From assembly GCF_018977255.1 (NCBI RefSeq), contig NW_024704743.1, positions 106,332,001 through 106,396,000 on the forward strand: DNA of 64,000 nucleotides, given 5' to 3'. The position numbers and the translations under genes are program-made. This document shows positions 23,033-35,609 of this stretch, piece by piece; the first letter of the stretch is position 1, and each line of letters begins with the position of its first letter. The DNA is from Callorhinchus milii. Lineage: Eukaryota. The notes below the pieces were generated by a model. It saw only the letters and a program-made list of their open reading frames with translations. It was not told the DNA's origin and ran no database searches.

Positions 23033-23589
23033 GTAATAGAAATTATACAAGTGGGGTTTCAGTGGCCTTTCCCTCATGCCAGCAGGTCCAAATTCAGTGT
23101 AAGCTAATGGGATAAATTCTTAATATTATTATTATTATTAAATGTGTCCTCTCTCTGTAAGATTACTATAGGCATAGAGTCTGGCCAGTCTCATCCACCT
23201 TGTGGAATGCACAGACCCCCATAGCACAACCCTTATTAAATTACACAATAATAATGTACTCAGCAATTGTGGCAGGATAATACATACCAACCCTGTTATA
23301 ACATAGTGAGGTTGAGGATTTAAGCATAGCCTCAGTACAACCTCACCATTAAATCCCTCTATGATCATGCCCCACTCTAACTCTCAGGCTTCTCAAGCCT
23401 TACAAGTACCCCCGCTCCTGCTTGGGAGGCAGGCGTCTCCTTCATGTCCTCTGCCCTACTTGCCCCACCGTCGGCAGTCAGGCTTCATCTGATCCCACTC
23501 TCTTGGAACTTCATTCCCAACTCCATCCAACAGGAGTTTAGGACAAACGTATTTAGGCAGGGTGGTGAGAATGTAGAACTCACAGCCGG

Positions 23590-23935
23590 TTCCCTTCATG
23601 CCCTTGCACCTTCCTACCTCTCTGACCTACTTACCCCCACAAACCACACCCCGCTGCCTCCCCTCGACTGGCTCTGGCCTCTGCATGTCCCTTGTGCCCT
23701 CTATTCCACCATCAGTGGTTGCGCTTTCAGCTGCTATACCTAAAACTGGAACGTGCTTCCTCTATCCCTCCGTCTTGCCCCATTATTCCGCATGTCAGTT
23801 CACGCCTGAAGACCTTCCTATTTGACTCTGCTATGGTCACCACCCCCTCCCCCAACTCGGCGTCGTGCTCTGCCACTGACAAGCGCTCTAGGACGCTACC
23901 GTGTGAGGGTGCTATATAAATGAAACTTATTGTTG
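23590..23935 (+). mobile_element. L2 3' fragment
   Basis: LHALAPSYLSDLL segment followed by the L2 tail GCGCTCTAGGACG...GCTATATAAATG...TTGTTG. Confidence 0.75.
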
Positions 23936-24000
23936 TACTCTGGCGCTGTCAGTGAGCTATATTGAAGTTGTTTGATTATTGGTTCTTGTGATTATTTTAG

Positions 24001-24403
24001 GTACAAAACTTCCTAAAACGAGTAGTTTTACCTTCAAAGGACTCTGTTAATGCAGAGACAAACCCCTATACGACTCACACCTCTGACTCCAACCTGCACA
24101 ATTGTTGTGATACAGACAATTCCAATGCAGGGGGAAAATGTCACCGTGACACCCAAGAGAGAGGAACATTTATTGGGGAAGAAATCCTTGGAACTCCAGT
24201 GTCTGTGCATGTTCCCTCCAACTCCAATATCTTCACCGAAGAAAAAAAGGAAGAGTTTCCCAAACCATGTGAGATGGCGCCTTCCCCTGCTCAGGAGCAC
24301 TCCACTGACAATCACGACCAGTCTGATGGCAGACAACTGCTTCCTATTGACATTCCAGACTTTCTTCTTCCCGACACTGATCAAACGGAGCAAGTCCATG
24401 AAT
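24001..24403 (+). CDS. TGS1: TGS1 coding exon 8
   Basis: TTTTAG| acceptor; open frame starting VQNFLKRV (human VEKFLTWV) and ending RQLLPIDIPDFLLPDTDQTEQVHE. Donor T|GTATGT, phase 1, matches exon 9. The sequence is divergent, so the 3' boundary is less certain. Confidence 0.82.
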
Positions 24404-25068
24404 GTATGTATCTAACTGAGGTGCAAGGTCTTTAGTTGTGAGTTCTAATTTTGTGGAGTCAATTTCAACCTAGGTTCTCAAGCTTTCAGAGCTTCATTCC
24501 CCCTCCCCATCAACTATGCCTGATCGCTGCTGCCTTCTCCAATCAATATAATCTTATTCTATTCTTTGTTGAGTTGCTTTATGTGACCTTGATTATGGAT
24601 TCAGACTTCAAGCTTTCTAAATGTCATACGTTTGTGCCAAATACTATAATTCTTAAATGGGAGTATGGGAAGTAATTTTTACTGAGTCAATTTCATTCCC
24701 TTTACACCTGTTCATATCCCATGCTATGTGCCAGATCCCAGGCAGCTGATCTGCTCTGAAATTTGCTGCCACTGATGCATGTGTCCTTGGGTGACATGCC
24801 TCCCTTTACCCACTTGCATGTAGAATTTGCCTGGTTTCCACTGGGAACCGGAACTAGCTGTGGGAAGGATCACTGATGAAAACCCATGTCCCAGCACGTT
24901 GTCACCAGCGGTCCTCTGTCACAGAGTAAAACATTGAAGAAACAGTGACCTTGTTTTCAGCTTTGAATGGTTTATTTTTCTTACGGAATGAATGGTTTAT
25001 TTTTGTTCTGGTTGGTGGAAGGCCCAGTTATTCTTACCACAACATACTGAAGCTCTTGTGAATTGCAG

Positions 25069-25227
25069 TGGAAAGAACAAAGCGGGTTAAAAAGAACAAA
25101 TGGAGGAAAAAGAAGAAAGTTTATCAGATACCATCAGACATAGCAGCGGTCCCAGAATTGGTCAAGTACTGGGCTCAGCGTTACAGGCTGTTCTCTCGCT
25201 TTGATGAGGGAATCAAACTTGACCAGG
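25069..25227 (+). CDS. TGS1: TGS1 coding exon 9
   Basis: TTGCAG| acceptor; Lys-rich stretch followed by IAAVPELVKYWAQRYRLFSRFDEGIKLDQ. Donor G|GTAAAT. Confidence 0.96.
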
Positions 25228-25324
25228 GTAAATGTTTGCAGTGAATTATTCGCTTTTTTACAGTTTATAGTTTTCATTTTCTGTTTATATTTCAAAAATA
25301 ATTGATCTGTTACAAATTAAGTAG

Positions 25325-25513
<189 letters not shown>

Positions 25514-25964
25514 TAAATTGTCTCTCCAGTCTTGTTGTCAGAAATCTGGTCTATCTACACTTTGGATTGTCTATGTTCCACTATCAGTCACGGATGTAAA
25601 ATAATCACTGGATTGATAAGGCATGTTAATAACCAGCTTCAGATCATCACTTTTTACAAAATGAAATCTTTTCTGAAGTGTAAGGTGATATTCACTAATA
25701 CTTTACCCATGTGGAAATTTCTCCCAGATATTTTAAAATGTTATGATCTAATTGATAGGCTGCAAACCAATGACGGTCTTGGAATATTTCGTGACTTTGG
25801 AATTTTGGAAACGTGATTTTTTTCAGAATGGAGTACTTTATCAACCACACATAGTTTTAGCATCAAGCCATATACAACACACAGCATGGAGACAGTAGAT
25901 GGAGCTCCATATTCTCCATCTGAACCTCAGAAGATTAGCATACAGCTTTGATTTGACATTTGTG

Positions 25965-26395
25965 TACAGGTTGGCTCAGTTAGTAGTACTCTTGCTTCTG
26001 AGCCAATAGGTTGTGGGTTCAAACCACACAGGATTTGGGACTTATTTAGTATAAGCTGACCCTCCAACTGTAGTGATGGAGGTGTGCTGCAGGTTATATC
26101 TCAGTGAGAAAGGCCCAGTCCACGGATGAGATGTTAAACTGAGGCCATGTCTCCCTATTTTATAATTCCTAAAATTGCTATTTTATACATGGAAGTTAAA
26201 GATCCAATAGCACTATTTGAAAAAGGCAGGGAGATTCTCTAGGTCTACGGGCCAACAATCCTGGAAATACAATTGGTCATTTACTTCAAGGCTGTTTGTG
26301 CGACATTGTGTGTAAATTGGTCGCCACATTCGCCCACACGATACAGACAATCCACTTTACAATGAAAAGTGCAATGCCAAATTCAAGGATTATTT
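25965..26395 (+). mobile_element. Old Deu-domain-type SINE
   Basis: tRNA-like head followed by GGATGAGATGTTAAACTGAGGCC...TAAAGATCC...GCACTATTTGAA...GCTGTTTGTG...AAATTGG, matching my recollection of the DeuSINE core. Similar copies at about 14430-14545(-), 14920-15190(-), 48020-48285(+) and 54330-54745(+). Confidence 0.6.
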
Positions 26396-27421
26396 TCAAT
26401 TCAGGTGCTAGCCACTCTTGAGGCCTTTCTCACTGAGATATAACCTTTGCTTTTCAAGCGCTCTGAGATGCTACCCTGAATTAGGGTGCTATATAAGTAC
26501 AAGTTGTTGTTGTTTGTGGTTGCTTCACATGACCATTGTTTTATACTGGGAGGTTACTTTCTCAGCATAGTCACTGAATTGTATCCTGTCTATTGGGTTA
26601 CTTTCTCAGGATGGGCAGAGGAACTTAGTTGTGTTAATTCTTATACTTTTCTAAATAATATTTAGGACAGGAATACCATTAGTATTGTTGGGAGGGAGAT
26701 GTTATTCCCACTGGTTTGGAATCTTTTGAGGAGTAGTCAGGGTAGACTACGTGGATCAATATTCACTCCTGACTGAAACTGCCACAGCTGATATTTTGCT
26801 TTATGTATCCAAAGAGGAATTCAGCTGATTTTACACCTGCAGATCTTGAGATGCTTTATCTTAAATAAAAAGTTCAAAGTGATGTTACTAGGAGTCATTT
26901 CGGTAGTTCATCTGGGCATTGGGTGACACAGACTTAGGGTTAGGGTTAGAGAGGTTGAGTTAAAGAAAGCATGTTTTCACATAGAGATTGAAATTCCCCT
27001 CGGAAAATAATTAAATTTAGAGATTGTGCTTTGTTAATTCAGAGTTCTCTGTTCCACTTCTTGTCAACACCAAGAATGTTTGCAAACTGTCCGTCATAAT
27101 AGCCTTCCTCAGACCATGGCTTCTCCACTTCTATCTTTTGGCAACTGGCTTTGAGGGCTTCCTTTCAAGATATTGCACAGGAAAAAGTCTGTAGATTAGC
27201 TGCCTGCTTTTTCCATGTAAAGCACTTAACACGTCAAAATAACCTCTTCTCGAAAGTGTTCAGACATTAAGGGTCTATATCAAATACGAATACTTCTTAT
27301 ATTTTTGTGTACCATTTGTTCTCCTGATATGTGTTTCTAACAGTAAAGCTGCAATTTGTATTGTTTACTGGTCAAAATGTAAATGTTTTTTTTAAAAAAT
27401 GTGAAAATAACTTTTTTTTAA

Positions 27422-27682
<261 letters not shown>

Positions 27683-28257
27683 TAATGGGTTTTATAATAA
27701 TGAGTAATGAATTTTATTTTGAAAGTGTTTTTTTTGCGCATTTCATTGGATTCTAAAGAGCAGGCAAAAAATGTCTTGCAGTGCGGTCACTAAGGATTGA
27801 GCTAAGTGCGATGGTGGCATAAGTTTTTGCGGTGTTTCTTGTTTCACGTGGCATGTTTTCTCCTGAAAAAAGCTAGTGATATAATTATAGATTTCTTGTT
27901 TCACATTTGAAAATGTCTGGGAATATTCTCAGCTATTTAACACTCGGGTTAATTTTGTCTTCAAATACACAGTTACTGCACTTTCTCTGAATGCACCTTC
28001 AGATACATTGATGTGAAAAAGCACTATTTTAAATGCAAGTATTATTATAAAGTCTTGGTTGTTAAGAGGTTGTCACTGGTAGTTGTAACGGGTAATTGTC
28101 CCACTGTGTAATACTCCATGGGGACAGTTTGAGATGACAAATTCACAGGAGTATTACACAGTAGAAAGCATTTTAATTATTGATATCAATAGTAAGTTGG
28201 ATAATACTGACAAACAAAAAGCGAAGGATAATCTTCAAAAAAAAACACAATAATAAT

Positions 28258-28550
28258 TTGGTCACTTCAATCTACGACTGTTTGGGACACTGCTGTGCAC
28301 AATTGGCTGCCACGTTTTGCCCACAACTGTATATTTGCGGATGAACGCGGCAGCCAATTGCGCACAGCAATGTCCCACAAACAGTCGTAGATTGAAAATG
28401 ACCAACTTCTTATTGTTTTTGGTTTGGGAGGGATTATTATTAGGCATGTGGAGTAAGGAAACTTGCCCAAGGTTTCGCCCTGCCTGGAATTGAACTCAGG
28501 TCTCTCACTTGCAAAGCGAGTGCTCTAACCACTGAGCTACAGGACTCCAC
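28258..28550 (-). mobile_element. Tail-less SINE copy (-) fused to an inverted partial copy (+)
   Basis: 28330-28550 is the head and body of the young SINE on the minus strand; 28258-28325 is the same body on the plus strand. Confidence 0.85.
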
Positions 28551-28609
28551 ATGCTCTACTGCTAATAGGATATTAATTGAGACTCTCTCAAAGGGAGTCC
28601 TTTTAGAAT

Positions 28610-28865
28610 TTTAGATAAATAATAAACTGACCAGTGGCCACATTTTCACTCAGAATTGTTGGGCTGTGGAATGCCCTGTCAAGCTGGTCGAGGCAGACTC
28701 CATTGTGGGTTTCAAGAGGGAGTTGGTAAATGAAGATTAGAGGCTTGAAGGGGTACAGGGATAAGGCAGTGCAGTTGGATTGAATGAGCACCTTGTTCTG
28801 AGAGCAAGTGCAGACTTGATGGGCTGGATTGCTTCCTTCTGTGCTGTAAATTTGTATGATTCAAT
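28610..28865 (+). mobile_element. CR1 3' end fragment
   Basis: TTTTCACTCAGA...GTGGAATGCCCTG...GATGGGC...CCTTCTGTGCTGTAAATTTGTATGATTC. Similar ends at about 51470-51605 and 57275-57525. Confidence 0.75.
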
Positions 28866-30145
28866 GCATGGAGTTGAATTGAACCATACAAGCCAGGAAA
28901 ACTGGCTACAATCCTTGCACTGTGCTAAGTTTGAGAAAGAGATAATAAGATAGGGGCTGAGCATCTCCAGAATGAGAGGGCATGGGAAAATTGGGTGGAG
29001 CAGATCTGTAAAGTATGCTGGAAATCTGAATGCCAGGTGAAGACAAGATTGGTCTTGCATAGCCTTTATAATAATCTTTGCACTTGATTTGATAAATATA
29101 GTAAATAACCTGCTCATACACTCCTCACATACATGTGCAGAGAATGACCAATCAGGTGAAGTATCACAGCCTAAGAAATGTACTACACCATGAATCTTTG
29201 GAGTAGAGAGACGGATAATTGTAAAGTGATTTCATGCTGTATGCACATAAATTGGAGCTGATGAGAATTATGAAAATACTGGGCTGTAAAAGAGACTCTA
29301 ACATAGTCACAGAAAGGATCTCTTGTATTATGTAGTAAATGCATATTGAATATTTTTCTGTTCATCTCAGTAAATCACTTTCAGGCAATTGTGTATAAAT
29401 AAATGAGCAAGCCACAAAACATTGAGGTAGGAAAAATAAGTCAAACCAATGGGACCAACAGTGTGCTATTAGTCACTGTCATCTTGTACTTTTTGGTGTG
29501 ACAAATAACATTCAAATTAACTTGTGAAAGAAATATAACAAGATGCTGCTGAGACTTCTGAGCTCTGTACTGTTGCACGTAACCCAGGGACTTAATTCAT
29601 AATGGGATTAAAAAATATATCTTGAGGAAACTTAGAGCTACTGGCTCCTCACTATCATAAAAACGTCTTGTTAATTAAACTGATTTCTGCAGTTAACCGT
29701 TTCCCCAAGGTGATCGCGGATAGCTCAAATCTTGCAAGTCAACGTGATATACAAGAGTTTCCCAGCAGAAAACAGTTTATGTTGGCGCTATAGCAATTCA
29801 TTAGTGCTGTCCTGCGAACTATTCTTTCAACCCAATGAAAACCAATGATTGATCTTGCTCTACTTAAATGAAAGCTTCCCAGGTTCATGGCAGCATAGTT
29901 GGGAGAAATTCACAGCCAGGGCAACAGATTTTAGAACTCTTATGGTGCCAAAGTCGCTGATGTAACCGTGCTCAATGCTGTGGTCTTCTTTAACAACCCC
30001 TCCCCATTCCTCCCCCCATACTGTCTCTTCGGTCCCTATCTCCTTCAGTTCAAACCGGTAATTAAGGCTTTCGGTTAATACTTTTGTGGAAATCTGTAAA
30101 CTAATTTCAATTAGTAGTACTGTATATTCTTCATATGATAGCCAA

Positions 30146-30650
30146 CATAACAACAACAACAACTTGCACTGGCAACTTGCTTATGATCCCCTCCACGCAG
30201 GGTAGTATATCATAGTGCTTAACCGAGCCGGGAGGGAGGGGGGAGTTGGCCATAAGCACGGTCGAAGAGGAAAATCTTCAGACAGGACTTCAAAGAGGAG
30301 AGGGGGGGGGGGGGGCAAGGCGGAGGGATTGAGGGAGAGTGTTCCAGAGTTTTGGGGTGCAGCGGCTGAAGTGTGACCTCCGATGGATGAGCAGGAGGCT
30401 TGTGCAGTCAAGCGGAGGCACCGGGTGGTGGATTGGGGAATGAGGGGGTCGGAGAGGTAGGGAGGTGCCAGGGAGTGAATGGATTTGAACACGAGAATGA
30501 GGATCTTGAAGTTGATCCGTTCGGTGATGGGGAGCCAGTGGAGCCTGGCCAGAACTGGTGAGATATGAATATGGAGTTTGGTCTGGGTCAGTATGCGGGC
30601 GGCAGAGTTTTGAAGCTGGATCTTTTGAATTGTGGAGTTTGGGAGACCGA
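30146..30650 (-). mobile_element. L2 3' fragment
   Basis: FKSIHSLAPPYLSD-type ORF2 C-terminus and (TTG)n tail; same subfamily as 45800-46355. Confidence 0.8.
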
Positions 30651-30695
30651 CGAGGCATGCGTTGGAGAAGAGCAGGGAAAGGATAGCTGCAGTAA

Positions 30696-30998
<303 letters not shown>

Positions 30999-33049
30999 TA
31001 AACTGAAAATTATTCCTTTGCGATATGACATTTTAATGGTGTCCGGAGTCTATTGTACCATTTCCATTCTGTACTTCATTTTTGAGAGTGCTCAGTATAG
31101 ATCAGATTTGCTCCACAACAGCGGTATTTGCTAGAATTGAAGTAGCTTCACTCCTGGTAAATTAACCCTGAATTAATCCAGTCTGGTTTGTGAATTTCCC
31201 ATGTTTTTTCCTCTCAATTTATCAGAACTTTTATCTGTGATTATTACAATGTAGTAGTAACCCCCCTCCACTTTTTGTCCATTTTCAAAATTTCTTAAAA
31301 ACTCACCACTTTGACTTACCATTTACCTCTCATCCCCCCCTCCCCCAATATTGTACAACGGTTTGAAATGTGGGCTATATAAGTGCAAGTTGTTGTTGCA
31401 GAGTGTCCAATATCTGCAGGAATTGGGACAAGATCCATTGTAGATAATGAAACTGTACAGATATCATGTTATTGCTTGAAATGTATTCTACACCACTTCT
31501 ATTAGAAGTTATACTGTCGTATATCACACTATAATTACTGTTCTCTCTGACTCTAACTCTCTTTGGTCTCGCTACACCTAGCTGCCCTTTCAAACCTCCA
31601 CACACAATACTTCTGTTTCTGACTCTATCACTATCTGTGTCTTGCTCGTACTCTCTTTCCTAACCCTGTACCTGTATCAGATTGCTGAATGACCAAACTT
31701 TACCTTGTGCTGCCAGCGCTACACACTCAGGGAAAATTCGAGCTGCTAGTTATTGGTAGCAATTCAATTTTTCTCTGCTATATTTCAGCACCACTCGATT
31801 TCAGCACTGGTGGCATTAAGCAGACCTATAAGTGGATATGCAACACTCCCTATAATGCTTTCAATAATAGCAACATCATGAGTTTGCGTTCCTTACTGCA
31901 GATTTTGAAAGCCTACTGGAGGCTGCAGTCAAATGCAGTAAAAGATTTGTTTACAGCAGTTCACACTGTTACAGGAAGCAATTGGGTGAAACAGCTTTAA
32001 CGTTTTTCACTATTAATCTGTCAAAAAATTGCAGCTGAGAGTACTTGTATGTGTACCCTTTATGTTTTATCTTAAATCTATCAACTGTACATGTATAAGC
32101 TGGTGTGAGATGTTTCCCTTCAATTCTGGTTACACACCACTTCCAGCAGGTGGCACTTTCTAATCAAAGTCACCACACACTGACAAGCAAATCAAAGTGT
32201 GTACTTTGTTCTTCGTTGTCATGACAGCTGTTCTGTTCACTGTTTCCTGCAGTCATATAATTAGTTTATTCTAGAAGGAAGTATAAAGTTTAAAAAAAAG
32301 CTTCATTTTTACAATACTATCGCAAAGCATTTTCAGTTAATTATTGCCTAGTTTAGTGACTCTATTTGTAGCCTGGAATTAGTATCTGTGGCTGCAAAGA
32401 CCATCAACCATCATAGGGCATAGAATGTGTTTTTTTCCCCAATCTAACACCACTTAGTTCCAGCACAGTACTGTTCTTTAAAGATATGATGCCCCAAACC
32501 ACACAGAACCCTCCAGATGTGGCTTCATCCGGTGAGCTATACAGGGTTAAAATAACTAATTTCACTTTATAGTCAAATACTCTCCAAAGCACCCAAATAT
32601 TTCATTAGCATTGTTTTGATCATAATCACTTGCACATTGACTGGACACTTACAGAATCAATATTCTCACCTAGAATAATTTCCTTCTCCATCCATAGTCA
32701 ATAGATAAACTTCATCAAGGACACATTTAATATTTCTTGTTACTATATCCAAGATCTCGTATTTATCCACAATGAAATCCAAATGCCAGTTCCTCCAATT
32801 GGTAAAGCCAGAGTAAGCAGTAAATCTGAACCATACAAGGTCAGAAGGACTCCCAGTTTGATCCTTGACCTGTGCTGAGTTAGCTGAGAAACAATAGAGG
32901 AGCTGTAATTGCCCTTGATCCCACTGGCTGGAGAGGAATAAATTTGCCAGATGTCCCAATTCTGATCCCCACCCCATGTGAAAGTTCTCTTCTATGTACT
33001 TTGATGCCTTCCACAGTTGAATAGTCTGGTTCATTCTCGCACAAGGTAC

Positions 33050-33374
33050 TGGAGCCAGTACTGTAGCTCAGTGGTTAGAGCACTCGCCTCGCAAGCAAGA
33101 CACCTGGGTTCAATCCAAGCAGGGCGAAACCTTGGGCAAGTTTCCTTACTCCACACGCCTAATAATAATCCCTCCAAAAAACAAAAAAAATAATAAAATT
33201 CGTCATTTTCAATCCGCGACTGTTTGTGGGACACTGCTGTGCGCAATTGGCTGCCGCGTTTCGCCCACAAATATACGGTCAATTCACTTTACAGTATATT
33301 CTGTGAAGCGCTTTGAGACGTCAAGAAGATGTGAAAAAGCGCTATATCAAATGCAAGGATTATTATTATATTAT
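33050..33374 (+). mobile_element. tRNA-derived SINE, full length
   Basis: TGTAGCTCAGTGGTTAGAGCACTCGC head, family body, (TTA)n tail. Confidence 0.9.
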
Positions 33375-35285
33375 TCAGAATCAAGCCATAATCAAGTATG
33401 GAAGATAATTTTTACAATATTACAAAAAATGCTCTCTTGAAAATATGTGAATGGTAGGTACCTAGAAGAGACCGCTGTGGAACAGCAATAGAGTGCCCCC
33501 ATCTCTCTCCTCCCCGACAAATTTGTCCATTTATCAGTACCTTCTGCTTCCTGTTACTAAGCTGCTCTCAGTCCAGCCGATTACAGTAATTTGCTACTAA
33601 AGTCATGAACTTCTTACAAAGCTATGTTTCATTCACCAGTGGACTCCTCAGTAAATTCTTCCTCTCTGGTCGTATCATACAAAACACCATCTCCAAATAG
33701 AAATATTACGTGTTCTTGTCTGTAACTATCAAAACCTGCCTAACTAGAACATGCCATGGTCTGGTAGGTTTTCAGAACATCAATGCACTGAGGCTTGACT
33801 TGGAAACAAGACTTGTTTTGTTGTCAAGGCCATTTTCCTTTATTGCCACAAAACATGTTTCTACATGGTTAGGATTTCTTTGTGGACAGACCCAGTGTTT
33901 CACAGGATGCTCTGTGTGGATCATATCTGGCATACAATTGTCACAATATGATACAACTATGCAGAGTGACCGTAGAAACAGTTTCTATCTACCCCATAGA
34001 ATAGATCATATCAGGAGGAACATCTTTCTCGGCTATTATTGGCAGCAATTAAGCTTCTTCCGGTTTAGAATCCAGTGAAATGAGGAAGAATAAAACCTTT
34101 AAAAATTTAAAATCTCCCACATATCATTTGAATTCTAATCACATTAGAAATATGTTGATGCATCATTGTAGTTATCCCATAGAGAGAGGAGGCAAGCAGC
34201 GTCTCCTTGGAGCTGAGCTGGCTCCAAGGTGACGTGATTGGCAACAGACTCTTAGAATTGTGTCAGCATCTGGAGTGGTCTTGGTTGTCCGATTCCTGAG
34301 CCGTGGACCTCTAAACTGCGGGACACTACTGATGAAACAACAGCCAGCCTGGCTCACTGACAGGACTTGGAGGAGAAGACTGATCACTGGGATTAGGGTT
34401 TCTTCTCACTCATCTGCTTAACCCTCAAACCAAAGACCTAATGGCTAGGTAAGCAGGGTGCATCCCTCCAGGGAGAGAAGGTGCATTCTAATTCAGATAG
34501 AAGGAATTTTTCATGTGAACGTGGCATCTGTAAGTGGAACTCTGTTTAACTTGGATGCTCTTAAGCATGATGATGGGTTTCTGTGTGTGTCTGACATTTG
34601 GCTGAATCCCCCAAAATTGATACATCATTTCTATTGTTTTATCTGGACCAAAAGGTTGTGGGTGGGTTCAAGTCTGAACTTCAATTCATAGGCTGTTTTG
34701 TGGGACTTTGTGTCCAGGCTTGACTATGCTAACTCCCTCGCCGGACTTCCCTCCATAAGCTGCACATCATTCAGAAAGAACTCTGCAGCTCATATCCTTT
34801 CCCACACTTAAGTGCTGTGAGCCAATCACCCCCATCCATGCCTGGCTTCCCTGGATCCCATCTCCCACTGGGGAATCAAGCTCAAGATCCTTGTCCTCAC
34901 GTTTAAAGCCCTCCATGGTCTTGCACCTCTCCACTTCTGCAGCTTACTAAAACGTTAGCAACTGTCCGCCTCCTCCGCTCGGCCAGAAAGATGGGTTTCC
35001 TTCACCAGAGTTCGCTGAAGCCTGGAATCTTCTTTGCTTACTTTGCAAACTAGAATATACAAGACATTAGTTAAGGCACAGGTGGAGTATGCAGCTGTAC
35101 ATTATTGCCCCCTCCATTATATAAAATAAATCAGAGCCACAAAGAAGAGGTAGTGAGAATCTCTTAGCTAATACCTGGAACCATTATAGTTTTGATGAAA
35201 AGCATAAAAATTTGGAGATTTGTTCACTAAAGTATAGAAGGTTAAGAGGGTATTGAATCACATTGAAGCATTTGAAATTCTGAAA

Positions 35286-35609
35286 ATAATATAATAATAA
35301 TAATCCTTGCATTTGATATAGCGCTTTTCACGTCGGGAGGACGTCCCAAAGCGCTTCACAGAACACACTGTAAAGTGAATTGACTGTATATTTGTGGGCA
35401 AACGCGGCAGCCAATTGCGCACAGCAATGTCCCACAAACAGTCGTAGATTGAAAATGACCAATTCATTATTGTTTTGTTTTTTTTGGAGGGATTATTATT
35501 AGGCGTATGGAGTAAGGAAACTTGCCCAAGGTTTCGCCCTGCCGGGAATTGAACTCAGGTCTCTCGCTTGCAAAGCAAGTGCTCTAACCACTGAGCTACA
35601 GGACTCCAC
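35286..35609 (-). mobile_element. tRNA-derived SINE inserted into an old CR1 fragment
   Basis: Full reverse-strand copy. The flanks rejoin as a CR1 ORF2-like ...IEAFEILK/KGFD... segment; the CR1 remnant spans about 35050-35640 (+). Confidence 0.88.

Noticed and set aside
26934..26949. Telomeric repeat TTAGGGTTAGGGTTAG in a TGS1 intron
   Set aside because: Under three units; too short to distinguish from chance or ordinary slippage.
29258..29280. CTGATGA...GAAA as a hammerhead ribozyme core
   Set aside because: No convincing stem II and no flanking stems visible.
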